Positions 18,288-27,152 of a stretch of 64,000 nt of DNA are shown one piece after another (the stretch's first letter is position 1; the number at the start of each line of letters is the position of its first letter). Below the pieces are notes generated by a model that was not told the origin of the DNA, did not search any database, and saw only the letters and a program-made list of their open reading frames with translations. Source of the DNA: Candidatus Nanoarchaeia archaeon (GTDB lineage: Archaea > Nanobdellota > Nanobdellia > Woesearchaeales > GW2011-AR4); the NCBI GenBank assembly GCA_035293285.1, contig DATDOM010000093.1, forward strand, positions 36,495 to 100,494, in the 5' to 3' direction. Position numbers and translations under genes: made by a program.

Positions 18288-18584
18288 TTATAGCATCAAT
18301 ACCATTGGAATTATGGAGCAGCTTCCTGTTTCTTTAGTAATCTCCTTTATTTTATCAAATCTGTCCATGTTAAGATAATACTTCCATCCATGCTCTTTTT
18401 TCTTTTTTTGGCAGATGTTTTGCTTGACTAATGATTCAAGCACAACTTTTCCTATTTCTTTGCTTGGAAGGCCGGAAAGCACATTTTCCCCATACATTGA
18501 GCCTTTGCCATAGCAAGTTGATTTGTGAAGCTTTCTGACTATGAACCTGCTGTATTTGACATAATCACTTTTGTGAACTTTCAT
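18288..18584 (-). CDS. Hypothetical small protein
   Basis: 98-aa ORF of plausible size with no recognised motif. Confidence 0.3.
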   Translation of the reverse strand: MKVHKSDYVKYSRFIVRKLHKSTCYGKGSMYGENVLSGLPSKEIGKVVLESLVKQNICQKKKKEHGWKYYLNMDRFDKIKEITKETGSCSIIPMVLML

Positions 18585-18696
18585 ATAAAATTACACTAAA
18601 AGAATTATCAATTTATTAAAACTCACTCTATAAAATATAAATTTTTACAGGATTTTTGCTTTAGAAACCTTTTTAAACCCTCCATTCATTCTTGGT

Positions 18697-18813
18697 ATTG
18701 GACGGTCATAGGGGCCTGGTTCACCCGATCCCATTCCGAACTCGGCAGTTAAGAAAGCCTCCGTTTCCAATTGTACTGCACTTACGTGCGGGAACCTGGG
18801 AAAGCTGTCCACC
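18697..18813 (+). rRNA. rrf: 5S ribosomal RNA
   Basis: GGTCATAG...CCGATCCCATTCCGAACTCGGCAGTTAAG...GTACTGC...GGGAA matches the universal 5S loop/helix motifs. Helix I forms between 5' TGGACGG (18699-18705) and 3' CTGTCCA (18805-18811). An oligo-T run follows. Ends are approximate to +/-5 nt. Confidence 0.85.
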
Positions 18814-18820
18814 TTTTTTT
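18814..18820 (+). terminator. Oligo-T tract immediately after the 5S rRNA (archaeal-type terminator)
   Basis: TTTTTTT directly 3' of the 5S helix I. Confidence 0.45.
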
Positions 18821-18870
18821 CAAATTTTTGAAACTCGTTTGAATTGTTCTCTAGCTATCTTATATTCAAT

Positions 18871-18941
18871 TCTCACCCTAATGGGGTGAGTTATGCGGGT
18901 TTTGTGAACAATGTATGCCGAGCTAATGGCGAGGCGTAACC
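18871..18941 (+). repeat. 71-nt conserved intergenic element, family 1, copy 1
   Basis: tctcaccctaatggggtgag...acaatgtatgccgagctaatggcgaggcgtaac. Shares ...ACAATGTATGCCGAGC.A.TGGCGAGGC... with the copies at 20661 and 26991. Confidence 0.6.
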
Positions 18942-18975
18942 AAATAAGGATTTAATATAGAATAACTCCAAACAA

Positions 18976-19737
18976 TCAAATTTTCTTCCCAACAAAAATA
19001 AACCCGCCCGAAAGAACTCTCTTAAGAATTCCCCTGTAATAATCATCCTCTTCCTTGTTCAAAAAAATCTTTTTCACTATTTTTAGCCCTGCATTTTCAA
19101 AAAGCGAGCGAAATTCATCAAAGCTGAACCAGTGCATATATGTTTTATTCAGGATTTTGCTGTGATAAAAATAATAATCTCCAATTTCTAGGTCTTTTTC
19201 CCTAAAAAAATAAGTCTTGAGAAGCCAGGAGTACATGTCAGGCTCTTTTATCCCTGCTAATCTGTTATGAGCATGGACAATAACAAATCCATTTTTTTTT
19301 GCAACCCTGAAAAGCTCGTTCATTGACTTTTGTCTTTTGGCTTTAGTCGGAATGCATCCAAAGCTTGAATACATCGAAATAACATAATCAAATGAATCAC
19401 TTTTTATTTTCGACAAGTCTGAAATGTCATAATTGTAAAGAACTGCCTTTATCCTGTTTTTCTTCAGGGTTTTTGCAGATACTTTAATCATGAATTTATT
19501 ATAGTCATTGCCATAAACCTTAAACCCTTTTTTGGCAAAGTGCACCAAATGCCTGCCTGTTCCCATTGTTGCATCAAAAAGCGATCCCTTTTTTCTTAGC
19601 AAAGAATCAAGAAACCTTGTGTCAAAGTCAAAATGCCCTTTCACATCTTCTTCATAATCAAGGTAGTTTTCTGCGTATTCCTTGCTGTTTTTTTCCCGCC
19701 TGACTGCATTTTCAATCCTCTTACTCAGCTTTGCCAT
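18976..19737 (-). CDS. Class I SAM-dependent methyltransferase
   Basis: LFDATMGTGRHLVHFAKKGFKVYGNDYN motif I/II region. Confidence 0.65.
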   Translation of the reverse strand: MAKLSKRIENAVRREKNSKEYAENYLDYEEDVKGHFDFDTRFLDSLLRKKGSLFDATMGTGRHLVHFAKKGFKVYGNDYNKFMIKVSAKTLKKNRIKAVLYNYDISDLSKIKSDSFDYVISMYSSFGCIPTKAKRQKSMNELFRVAKKNGFVIVHAHNRLAGIKEPDMYSWLLKTYFFREKDLEIGDYYFYHSKILNKTYMHWFSFDEFRSLFENAGLKIVKKIFLNKEEDDYYRGILKRVLSGGFIFVGKKI

Positions 19738-19739
19738 TC

Positions 19740-20537
19740 TTAGAAATTAAGCAAATCCTTTTTTGAATGTATGTGCATTTCCTTTTCAGAGCTTAAGTGC
19801 CCGTTTAGAAACCCTTTCTCTGCAAGTAGTGGAAAAACGTCAAACTCGAGGCTTGCGCCGCTGTAATCAAAGATATGGGGCTCAGTCACAAAAATAGGGG
19901 AAAAGACAAGATAGATGTCTGATTTTTTTGGCTTTTGGGTAAATGCAAGGACTTTTGAGCCTTCAACTTTCACAGTGCCTTTCTCGCTTGGCCTGGACGA
20001 TGTTGTAAGCATTATTGTTGTTATTGCACCCTGCCTGACGTGGTCATTCCAAAGCTGCTCTACATTGATTTTACTGAATATGATGTCTCCATACACTACC
20101 AGAAAATTTGAATTTATTTTTCCTTTCAAAAGCCGTAATGAGTCTGCAGTTCCTTTTGACGACTTTTCCTCAATGTAGTTAATCTTTACGCCGTATTCAT
20201 TGCCTTCTTTTAGCATCTCAAAAATTCTTGTAAGCAGGTTATGCCTGGCAACTATGTAGATTGTCTTAAAGTTAGTCTCGCGCAGTTTTTTTAGGGCAAG
20301 CTCAATCACCGAGGAATTTTTTATTTTTGCTGTGGGCCTGTATTCATCGCCTGAAATCCTCAAGTGGCCTTCGTCGCCTCCAAGCAAAATAACTGCAGTC
20401 TTGTTCTCGCCTAGCGAGTTATTGACAAGATGCTCGATTGCCTGCGAGCGGTTTCTGATGTATATGTTGTCGACAATTGCGTCTATATCCCTTAAAGTGT
20501 TCTCGTTTATTGTTATTGATATTTTTGACTTGACCAT
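19740..20537 (-). CDS. Nucleotidyltransferase (NTP_transferase family) with N-terminal ribbon-helix-helix domain
   Basis: N-terminal RNRSQAIEHLV (CopG/RHH-like), then VILLGGDEG...GTADSLR...VVYGDIIF sugar-phosphate nucleotidyltransferase-like core. Confidence 0.55.
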   Translation of the reverse strand: MVKSKISITINENTLRDIDAIVDNIYIRNRSQAIEHLVNNSLGENKTAVILLGGDEGHLRISGDEYRPTAKIKNSSVIELALKKLRETNFKTIYIVARHNLLTRIFEMLKEGNEYGVKINYIEEKSSKGTADSLRLLKGKINSNFLVVYGDIIFSKINVEQLWNDHVRQGAITTIMLTTSSRPSEKGTVKVEGSKVLAFTQKPKKSDIYLVFSPIFVTEPHIFDYSGASLEFDVFPLLAEKGFLNGHLSSEKEMHIHSKKDLLNF

Positions 20538-20601
20538 TTTATTAATCTTAAATCTTTTGACTTTTTCTTAAACCCTTCGCTTCGCTCTATTATCTTCACT
20601 C

Positions 20602-20631
20602 GGCAAATTTTGACTAGCACTAAAATTTGCC
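20602..20631. promoter_or_regulatory. 30-bp palindromic site (10-bp arms GGCAAATTTT / AAAATTTGCC, 10-bp spacer), candidate operator
   Basis: Perfect inverted repeat 65-95 nt upstream of the RHH-nucleotidyltransferase gene start (minus strand), in the divergent promoter region shared with ugd. Confidence 0.4.
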
Positions 20632-20660
20632 TCGATTTATTACACCAATTTCAATTAACT

Positions 20661-20725
20661 TTCGCTCCAATGAAGGCGAATGTGCGAATTGCTAACAATG
20701 TATGCCGAGCAATTGGCGAGGCCTA
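20661..20725 (+). repeat. Conserved intergenic element, family 1, copy 2 (more diverged)
   Basis: ttcgctccaatgaaggcgaa...acaatgtatgccgagcaattggcgaggc. Hairpin arms differ from the other copies but remain complementary (ttcgc/gcgaa). Confidence 0.5.
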
Positions 20726-20895
20726 TCTAAAAGTCGTCACAAAGACGGCTTATTTAACTCATAATTTGTCCTAACTTAAAAACCCAAATACGACGGATTT
20801 AAACTAATTCTAAACCTACAAATTAAATTTCAAAATTGGTGGCATAAAGTAGGATAATGGTAAGATATTTAAATACATTGTGCATTTTCAGGTGC

Positions 20896-22197
20896 ATGAA
20901 AATAGCAGTGGCGGGGGCAGGGTATGTCGGGCTGGTTACAGCTGCGTGCTTTTCAGAGCTTGGAAACAATGTAATCTGCGTTGACATTGACAAGTCAAAG
21001 ATAGACAAGCTTAACCATAACAAGATTCCTTTCTATGAGCCTGGGCTTGACAAGCTTGTTGCAAAAAACAAGAAGGCAAAGAAACTAAGCTTTTCAACAA
21101 ACTTAAAAGACGCAATAAAAAAATCAGAGGTAATATTCATCTGCGTCGGAACTCCTCCAAAGGACAACGGCGAAGCTGACCTAAGCTATGTCGAGGATGT
21201 TGCAAGGACAGTTGCCGAAGTAATGGATTCATACAAGATAATTGTTGAAAAAAGCACGGTCCCTGTAAAGACAGGCGAAAAAGTTGCAAAATCAATCAAG
21301 GCCTATAATGTTCACAAGGTTGATTTTGACGTCGTGAGCAATCCTGAATTCTTGCGAGAAGGCAGTGCAATCGGGGATTTCATGAACCCTGACAGGGTAG
21401 TCCTGGGATGTGAAAGCGAAAAAGCAAAAAAAATACTTCAAAAGCTTTACAAGCCGCTTAATGCAAAGATTATTTTTACCGATATCAAGAGCGCGGAAAT
21501 CATAAAGCACGCTTCAAACTCGTTTCTTGCAACAAAAATCTCGTTCATCAATGCAATTGCAAACATATGCGAGCTTGCAGGCGCTGACATTGAAAAAGTT
21601 GCAGAGGGAATAGGCTGCGACAAAAGAATAGGAAAGTCATTTTTGAACGCAGGGATAGGATACGGCGGCTTTTGTTTTCCAAAAGATGTCGAGGCGTTTA
21701 TCAGAATTTCTGAAAAGATGGGATACGACTTTAATCTTTTAAAGGCAACACAGGAAATAAACAAGAACCAGGTAAAAAATTTCATCAAAAAGATTGAAAA
21801 GGCACTCTGGATTGTAAAGGGCAAAAAGCTTGCAGTCTTGGGGCTTGCATTCAAGCCGAACACTGATGACATGAGATTTGCACCGTCAATCGATATAATA
21901 AATGAGCTTTCAAAAGAGGGAGCAATAATAACTGCATATGACCCAAAGGCAATGGAGCTTGCAAAAAAAATATTTAAGGGAATAAACTACTCAAAAAACC
22001 CTTATGACGCTTTAAAAGATGCCGACGCAGTTCTTATACTAACGGAATGGGAAGAATTCAAAAAAATGGATCTTTCAAAAGTGAAAAAACTCATGAAGCA
22101 CAACCTGATTGTTGACGGCAGGAATATTTACAATCCGGAAGAAATGAAAAAACTCGGATTTTCTTACATAAGCATAGGAAGAAAGGAAGTGGCCTGA
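20896..22197 (+). CDS. ugd: UDP-glucose 6-dehydrogenase
   Basis: MKIAVAGAGYVGL Rossmann start, GFCFPKD catalytic Cys motif, ~430 aa. ORF-track start 20857 adds 13 unlikely residues. Confidence 0.85.
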   Translation: MKIAVAGAGYVGLVTAACFSELGNNVICVDIDKSKIDKLNHNKIPFYEPGLDKLVAKNKKAKKLSFSTNLKDAIKKSEVIFICVGTPPKDNGEADLSYVEDVARTVAEVMDSYKIIVEKSTVPVKTGEKVAKSIKAYNVHKVDFDVVSNPEFLREGSAIGDFMNPDRVVLGCESEKAKKILQKLYKPLNAKIIFTDIKSAEIIKHASNSFLATKISFINAIANICELAGADIEKVAEGIGCDKRIGKSFLNAGIGYGGFCFPKDVEAFIRISEKMGYDFNLLKATQEINKNQVKNFIKKIEKALWIVKGKKLAVLGLAFKPNTDDMRFAPSIDIINELSKEGAIITAYDPKAMELAKKIFKGINYSKNPYDALKDADAVLILTEWEEFKKMDLSKVKKLMKHNLIVDGRNIYNPEEMKKLGFSYISIGRKEVA

Positions 22198-22928
22198 TGG
22201 AAGCGATAATACTCGCTGCAGGATATGCAACAAGGCTTTATCCACTCACAAGAGACACTCCAAAGCCGCTTTTGAAAGTTGCAGGAAAGCCAATAATTGA
22301 GCACATCATAGGCAAGATTGAACAAATAAAAAACCTGGGCAGAGTCCACATAGTCACAAACGACAAGTTTGAAGGTAATTTCAAAAGCTGGCTTTCATCA
22401 TTTGAAACAAATATCCCAATTTCTATTTATAACGACGGCACAAAGACGAATGAAGACAGGCTTGGGGCAATCGGAGACATACAGTTTGCACTTGACAGCA
22501 ATCAAATTGATGATGACATTCTTGTAATTGCCGGAGACAACCTTTTTGAGCTTTCGCTTGCTGATGCCGCAAATTATTTTAAGAAAAAAAAATCAAACGT
22601 TATAGTGCTTTATGATGTCAAAAGCAGTGAGCTTGCAAAGATGTATGGTGTTGTTGAGACAGAAAACGGAATTGTTGCCAATTTTGAGGAAAAGCCATTG
22701 GCGCCAAAATCAACGCTTGTCTCGACAGGAATCTACTTCTTTACAAAAAAGACAGTGCCTTTAATAAAAAAATACCTTTTGCAGGGAAACAGCGCTGACA
22801 AAAGCGGCAGCTTTGTCGAATGGCTTCACAAAAGGGACAAAATTTATACATTTTCAACCGACAAAAAATGGTTTGACATAGGTGATTTGGAGCAGCTAAA
22901 ACTTGCGGACAGGACTTACAGGCAATGA
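22197..22928 (+). CDS. Sugar-1-phosphate nucleotidyltransferase (RmlA/GalU-like)
   Basis: [14 protein letters not shown]...KPLL N-terminal signature of NDP-sugar pyrophosphorylases. Confidence 0.65.
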   Translation: MEAIILAAGYATRLYPLTRDTPKPLLKVAGKPIIEHIIGKIEQIKNLGRVHIVTNDKFEGNFKSWLSSFETNIPISIYNDGTKTNEDRLGAIGDIQFALDSNQIDDDILVIAGDNLFELSLADAANYFKKKKSNVIVLYDVKSSELAKMYGVVETENGIVANFEEKPLAPKSTLVSTGIYFFTKKTVPLIKKYLLQGNSADKSGSFVEWLHKRDKIYTFSTDKKWFDIGDLEQLKLADRTYRQ

Positions 22929-23860
22929 AAATGAAAAATGTTGTTGTAACCGGCGGCGCAGGATTCATAGGAAGCCACCTTTGCGAATTTCTTCTGGATA
23001 AAGGGCACAAAGTTACTGCTGTTGACAATCTCATAACCGGCTCATTGAAAAACATTGAGCATTTAAGGTCAAACAGGAATTTTAATTACATTCACCATGA
23101 TGTGAGCAAGCACATAGTTATTGACGGGAAAGTTGATTTAATCATGCATTTTGCAAGCCCTGCAAGCCCTATTGACTACCAGAAAATTCCAATCCAGACA
23201 TTAAAAGTAGGGAGCCTTGGAACGCACAATTCGCTTGGACTTGCCCTTGCAAAAAAGGCAAAATTTCTGCTTGCATCAACTTCAGAAGTTTACGGCGACC
23301 CTCTTATCAATCCGCAGGTTGAATCATACTGGGGAAATGTCAACCCTGTCGGATTAAGGGGCTGCTATGATGAGGCAAAAAGATTTTCTGAAGCATTGAC
23401 AATGGCTTATCACAGGATACATAAACTGGACACAAAGATTGTGAGGATTTTCAACACTTACGGCCCAAGGATGAGAAAAGAAGACGGCAGGGTCGTTCCA
23501 AACTTCATAATGCAGGCATTGCAAAACAAGCCTCTTACTGTTTATGGCAAAGGAAAGCAGACAAGAAGCTTTTGCTATGTGAGCGACTTAATTGACGGAA
23601 TTTACAGGCTTGCAAACTCAAGGCTAAACAATCCTGTAAACATTGGAAACCCTGAAGAGCACACAATACTTGAATTTGCGCAAATAATTAAAAAAATGAC
23701 GAAAAGCAAATGCAAAATTAAATTTGAAAAGCTTCCCCAGGACGACCCTCACGTAAGATGCCCTGACATAACCCTTGCAAAAAAAGAGCTCAAGTGGGAG
23801 CCAAAAATAACATTAAACGACGGCATATCAAAAACCATAGAATGGTTCAAAAACAACTAA
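22925..23860 (+). CDS. uxs: UDP-glucuronate decarboxylase (UDP-xylose synthase)
   Basis: [38 protein letters not shown] are UXS hallmarks; 311 aa. Confidence 0.85.
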   Translation: MKMKNVVVTGGAGFIGSHLCEFLLDKGHKVTAVDNLITGSLKNIEHLRSNRNFNYIHHDVSKHIVIDGKVDLIMHFASPASPIDYQKIPIQTLKVGSLGTHNSLGLALAKKAKFLLASTSEVYGDPLINPQVESYWGNVNPVGLRGCYDEAKRFSEALTMAYHRIHKLDTKIVRIFNTYGPRMRKEDGRVVPNFIMQALQNKPLTVYGKGKQTRSFCYVSDLIDGIYRLANSRLNNPVNIGNPEEHTILEFAQIIKKMTKSKCKIKFEKLPQDDPHVRCPDITLAKKELKWEPKITLNDGISKTIEWFKNN

Positions 23861-24147
23861 AAGCGGAAAAATCGAAAGCCAGGGCAGTCTCGTCATTTGT
23901 GCTCGGGCTTGGGTTCTGGATACCTCTTCTTAATTTCATACTCGGCGCGCTTGCGGTTTACCACGGAATGAAGGCACTGCGTAACATAAAAAATGAGCCC
24001 AAAAAATATTCAGGAAAGGCTTTTGCAGTAACTGGAATAATTCTTGGCTGCTTGGTTTACTTCCTTTACCTTGTAGGAATTGGAATGTGCCTTTACGGGT
24101 TTAGGGATGTGTGCAGCAACATAGGGCTTGAATTTTTGAATAAATGA
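23842..24147 (+). CDS. Small membrane protein (DUF4190-like); start uncertain
   Basis: [25 protein letters not shown] plus a second TM segment. ORF-track start 23794 overlaps uxs by 66 nt; the alternatives are ATG 23842 or GTG 23899. Confidence 0.35.
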   Translation: MVQKQLKAEKSKARAVSSFVLGLGFWIPLLNFILGALAVYHGMKALRNIKNEPKKYSGKAFAVTGIILGCLVYFLYLVGIGMCLYGFRDVCSNIGLEFLNK

Positions 24148-24162
24148 GACAAAAGAATTATC

Positions 24163-24813
24163 TTATTTCTTCTTAGGCACTTTTTCCCAGTCTTCGAGGA
24201 ATTTCTTTATTCCTGAATCAGTCAGGGAATGGCTAAAAAGCTGCTCAAACACTGAATAAGGCAAAGTTACAATGTCTGCGCCTATTTTTGCGGATTCAAG
24301 AACGTGGACAGGATTTCTGATTGATGCTACAAGTATCTGTGTAGTGAACTTGTAATTATTGTAAATGAGCCTTATATCCTTTATCAAATCCATCCCGTCA
24401 AATCCCTGGTCATCCAATCTTCCAACAAAAGGGCTTATGATAAAAGCGCCTGACTTTGCTGCAAGGAGAGCCTGGTTTGCAGAAAAGCACAAAGTTACAT
24501 TAACTCTTATGTTTGCCTTTGTGAGCTTTTGGCATGCTTTAAGGCCTTCAACAGTCAACGGGACTTTCACAATTATGTTTTTTGCAATCTTTGCAAATTC
24601 CTTTCCTTCTTTCACCATGCCGTCGCAATCAAGTGCTACAGCTTCTGCGCTCACAGGCCCTTTTACAATTGAGCATATCTCTTTGAGAGCTTCGTTGTAA
24701 TCACGCCCTGCCTTCATAATCAGTGACGGGTTTGTTGTGACGCCGTCCAAAACTCCCCAATCTGCCACTTTTCGAATTTCATCTGTTTTCGCTGAATCAA
24801 TAAAGAGCTGCAT
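24163..24813 (-). CDS. tal: Transaldolase / fructose-6-phosphate aldolase (short TalC/Fsa type)
   Basis: [31 protein letters not shown]; 216 aa. Confidence 0.8.
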   Translation of the reverse strand: MQLFIDSAKTDEIRKVADWGVLDGVTTNPSLIMKAGRDYNEALKEICSIVKGPVSAEAVALDCDGMVKEGKEFAKIAKNIIVKVPLTVEGLKACQKLTKANIRVNVTLCFSANQALLAAKSGAFIISPFVGRLDDQGFDGMDLIKDIRLIYNNYKFTTQILVASIRNPVHVLESAKIGADIVTLPYSVFEQLFSHSLTDSGIKKFLEDWEKVPKKK

Positions 24814-24828
24814 TTTAACTCACCTTTG

Positions 24829-25851
24829 CTAATTTTCTTTTAAAATACCATTAATACCGTTTTCATTCTTCCTTTCCTTGTAATCATGGTATTTAAGTAA
24901 TCTTTCTCGTCTTTGCTTATTTATCCTATCTTTATTTCTATGATAATAATCCTTGTTTATAATATTTACTTTTTCTTTATTTAAAACCCTTCTTTTCCTC
25001 ATACTTTCTCTGCCACTTTGACGAGATTTTTGAGGATTGTTCCAATAGTAATCAACCCTCTTTTTGTTTATAATAACTCTATGAGACTCCCTATATTTCT
25101 TGGCCCTATTCAATGCTTTATTGTGATTAGTGTAATACCACTCCTTCCTGATGGTTTTGTATCTTTTATCTTCGCTTTCCATTAATTCTTTGTTTTTCTG
25201 TGAGTAATGTCCTAATTTATAAACCATGGATTTCGGAACAAAATTTTTCATTAAATTAAGAAATTTTTCAGTTTCATTTTTATTAAAAGTTAATTTATAA
25301 TAAGTCCTATATTCATTTCGGTATTTCTTGATTTCTTTAATGACTTTTGCACTTATGTTCCATTTCTTCAAAAAATACTCTTTAATTAGTAAATTCTCTT
25401 TTTGAGTAAATCCTAAAGTTGCTATTGAGCAGGATTTATCCCTTACACAATAGGTTCCATCATCACAGTACCAAACAGCGAGACCTAATTTATCCAAGTT
25501 TTCCAAAAAATCAAGATTTATAATTTTTAGCCATTTTCTTCTTGGCAGTTTGGATTTAATATAAATTAGGTTATGCAATTCTGTTAAGATTTCAGAATAA
25601 TTAGTTCGAAGTCTATATATAAAATATTTTTCCCCATTTTTTCTGTAACTGTAATTAACTTTGAAATATTGTTTTAAAATATCGACTTTCCAGAAAAAAT
25701 ATTCTTTTTGTTTTAAATTGTGGCAGCATGAAAAACCTGCATTTTTGGAGCCTTTTTCCAAGCAACCGTCGCCAAGCAAGCTGCCTAATAAAACTTGTTT
25801 TACATCCTCACTAATGCTAAACCATCCTAATTCAATTTTTTGATTGCGCAT
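24829..25851 (-). mobile_element. Free-standing double-motif LAGLIDADG homing endonuclease with basic repetitive C-terminal tail
   Basis: Motif 1 LLGSLLGDGCLEK and motif 2 LAVWYCDDGTY. The C-terminal ~120 aa is K/R-rich with three imperfect (D/E)(W/Y)YY..N..K....R repeats. Confidence 0.7.
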
Positions 25852-25906
25852 TTAAGTCCGAAGCCTAAGAATTAGTTTAAATATTATAGGTGAAGATGTC
25901 CAGTGG

Positions 25907-26266
25907 TTATTTTTTGAGTTTTCTTTTATAATAAATATTTTTACCGAACCAACTTATTTTTTTAATCTCAAATTCTAGTAATTTATCACCCTTTATTGCC
26001 AAAAAGAGTCCTTCGTATAAATCATCGACATATTTTGAATATTGATTATTTGTATAGATTATATAAATTAAAAAAAGGTAAGCTATGATAACTATCCAAG
26101 AGTTTAATGCTTCTGGTTTGATTAAACCTACAGAAAACACGAATACAATTATGCCCCCTATAATTCCCAACCTTTGATAAAAACCGCTTGTAGACCAATT
26201 ATCAAGTGATTCTATGTATTTATGCCTTAATTCCATAATGAGCTTCTCTTTATCTTCTTTTTTCAT
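25907..26266 (-). CDS. Hypothetical small membrane protein
   Basis: Two predicted TM helices (IIGGIIVFVFSVGL; IVIIAYLFLIYIIY). No motif recognised. Confidence 0.3.
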   Translation of the reverse strand: MKKEDKEKLIMELRHKYIESLDNWSTSGFYQRLGIIGGIIVFVFSVGLIKPEALNSWIVIIAYLFLIYIIYTNNQYSKYVDDLYEGLFLAIKGDKLLEFEIKKISWFGKNIYYKRKLKK

Positions 26267-26287
26267 TATTTCACTTAATTCTTTCCA

Positions 26288-26716
26288 TTAAACGCTTACC
26301 AGTACCGCGCCACCGACAATGAGAAGCGCGCCCGAAATCACCCTTATCATCTGGGAAGCGTCAGGAATCTCTTTTAAAAAAATTATGCCAAGAACGACTG
26401 CAACCAGTGTGTTTGTGTTGTAAATCGGTGCAAGCCGCGAGACATCTGCTTTTTGAGATATTGCAATAGCCACAGCCAAAAATCCTATTGCCCAAAGCAT
26501 TCCTGCACCCAAAGCAAGTGAGCTTGATTTCCATTCAAACTCAAAATTCCGGTTAAAGAGCATGAAAACGCCAAATACAATTACAATTCCAAGGCCCATG
26601 AGAAAGCTCCCATAATACGGCGACATATTGCCTTTTTGCTGGGCGAATTTGTAAATTACAGTGTTTATGCCAAAGACAAGTGCGGCAAATAATCCATAAT
26701 AAACCCAGTTTTCCAT
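26288..26716 (-). CDS. EamA/DMT-superfamily small membrane transporter-like protein
   Basis: Four hydrophobic helices, EamA-like half-transporter appearance; 142 aa. Confidence 0.5.
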   Translation of the reverse strand: MENWVYYGLFAALVFGINTVIYKFAQQKGNMSPYYGSFLMGLGIVIVFGVFMLFNRNFEFEWKSSSLALGAGMLWAIGFLAVAIAISQKADVSRLAPIYNTNTLVAVVLGIIFLKEIPDASQMIRVISGALLIVGGAVLVSV

Positions 26717-26990
26717 AACTCTCTAAGATTACTGGTTGGATTTAAAGGTTTTGATAAGTATTTACCTTACTTAGAATTTAATAATCTTAAATACGCTCCG
26801 CGAAAGATAGGCGGCCTGCATTGGGCCGCATATACGGATGAATCAAAGTTACATTGAAATTGTTTGATTCATCCTGACGTTTAGACACATAAAACCTAAC
26901 TGAAGAATAGTGTGTCTAAACGCATTAAGTTGATTCGTTGCATTGCGAAGGTTGCTTCTTGGAATTAGTTAAAATCTGAAAGCAATTTAA

Positions 26991-27061
26991 TCTCGCCCAA
27001 ATGGGGCGAGTTGTGCGGGTTATGCGCACAATGTATGCCGAGCTAAATGGCGAGGCGTAAC
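26991..27061 (+). repeat. 71-nt conserved intergenic element, family 1, copy 3
   Basis: tctcgcccaaatggggcgag...acaatgtatgccgagctaaatggcgaggcgtaac. Hairpin ctcgccc/gggcgag carries compensatory changes relative to copy 1 (ctcaccc/gggtgag). Confidence 0.6.
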
Positions 27062-27152
27062 TATAATCAAAATTATTTTAGTTATTTAATGTAGGTCTTA
27101 AATAAACTCTAGATTATTTAAAGTTGTAATTTCAATATTTTAAAAATAAAAT

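Noticed and set aside
18692-18889. 65-aa plus-strand ORF in the ORF track
   Set aside because: It lies entirely over the 5S rRNA gene and its terminator, so it is an ORF artefact of a structured RNA gene.
23794-23860. ORF-track start at 23794 for the DUF4190-like membrane protein
   Set aside because: It would overlap uxs by 66 nt in another frame. A later ATG (23842) or GTG (23899) start is more plausible, and the true start remains uncertain.
26991-27061. Alternative-pairing (riboswitch-like) model in which the family-1 5' hairpin arm CTCGCCC pairs instead with the downstream GGCGAGGC block
   Set aside because: The alternative pairing is only possible in copy 3. Copy 1 has CTCACCC, which would mismatch, so the alternative helix is not conserved.
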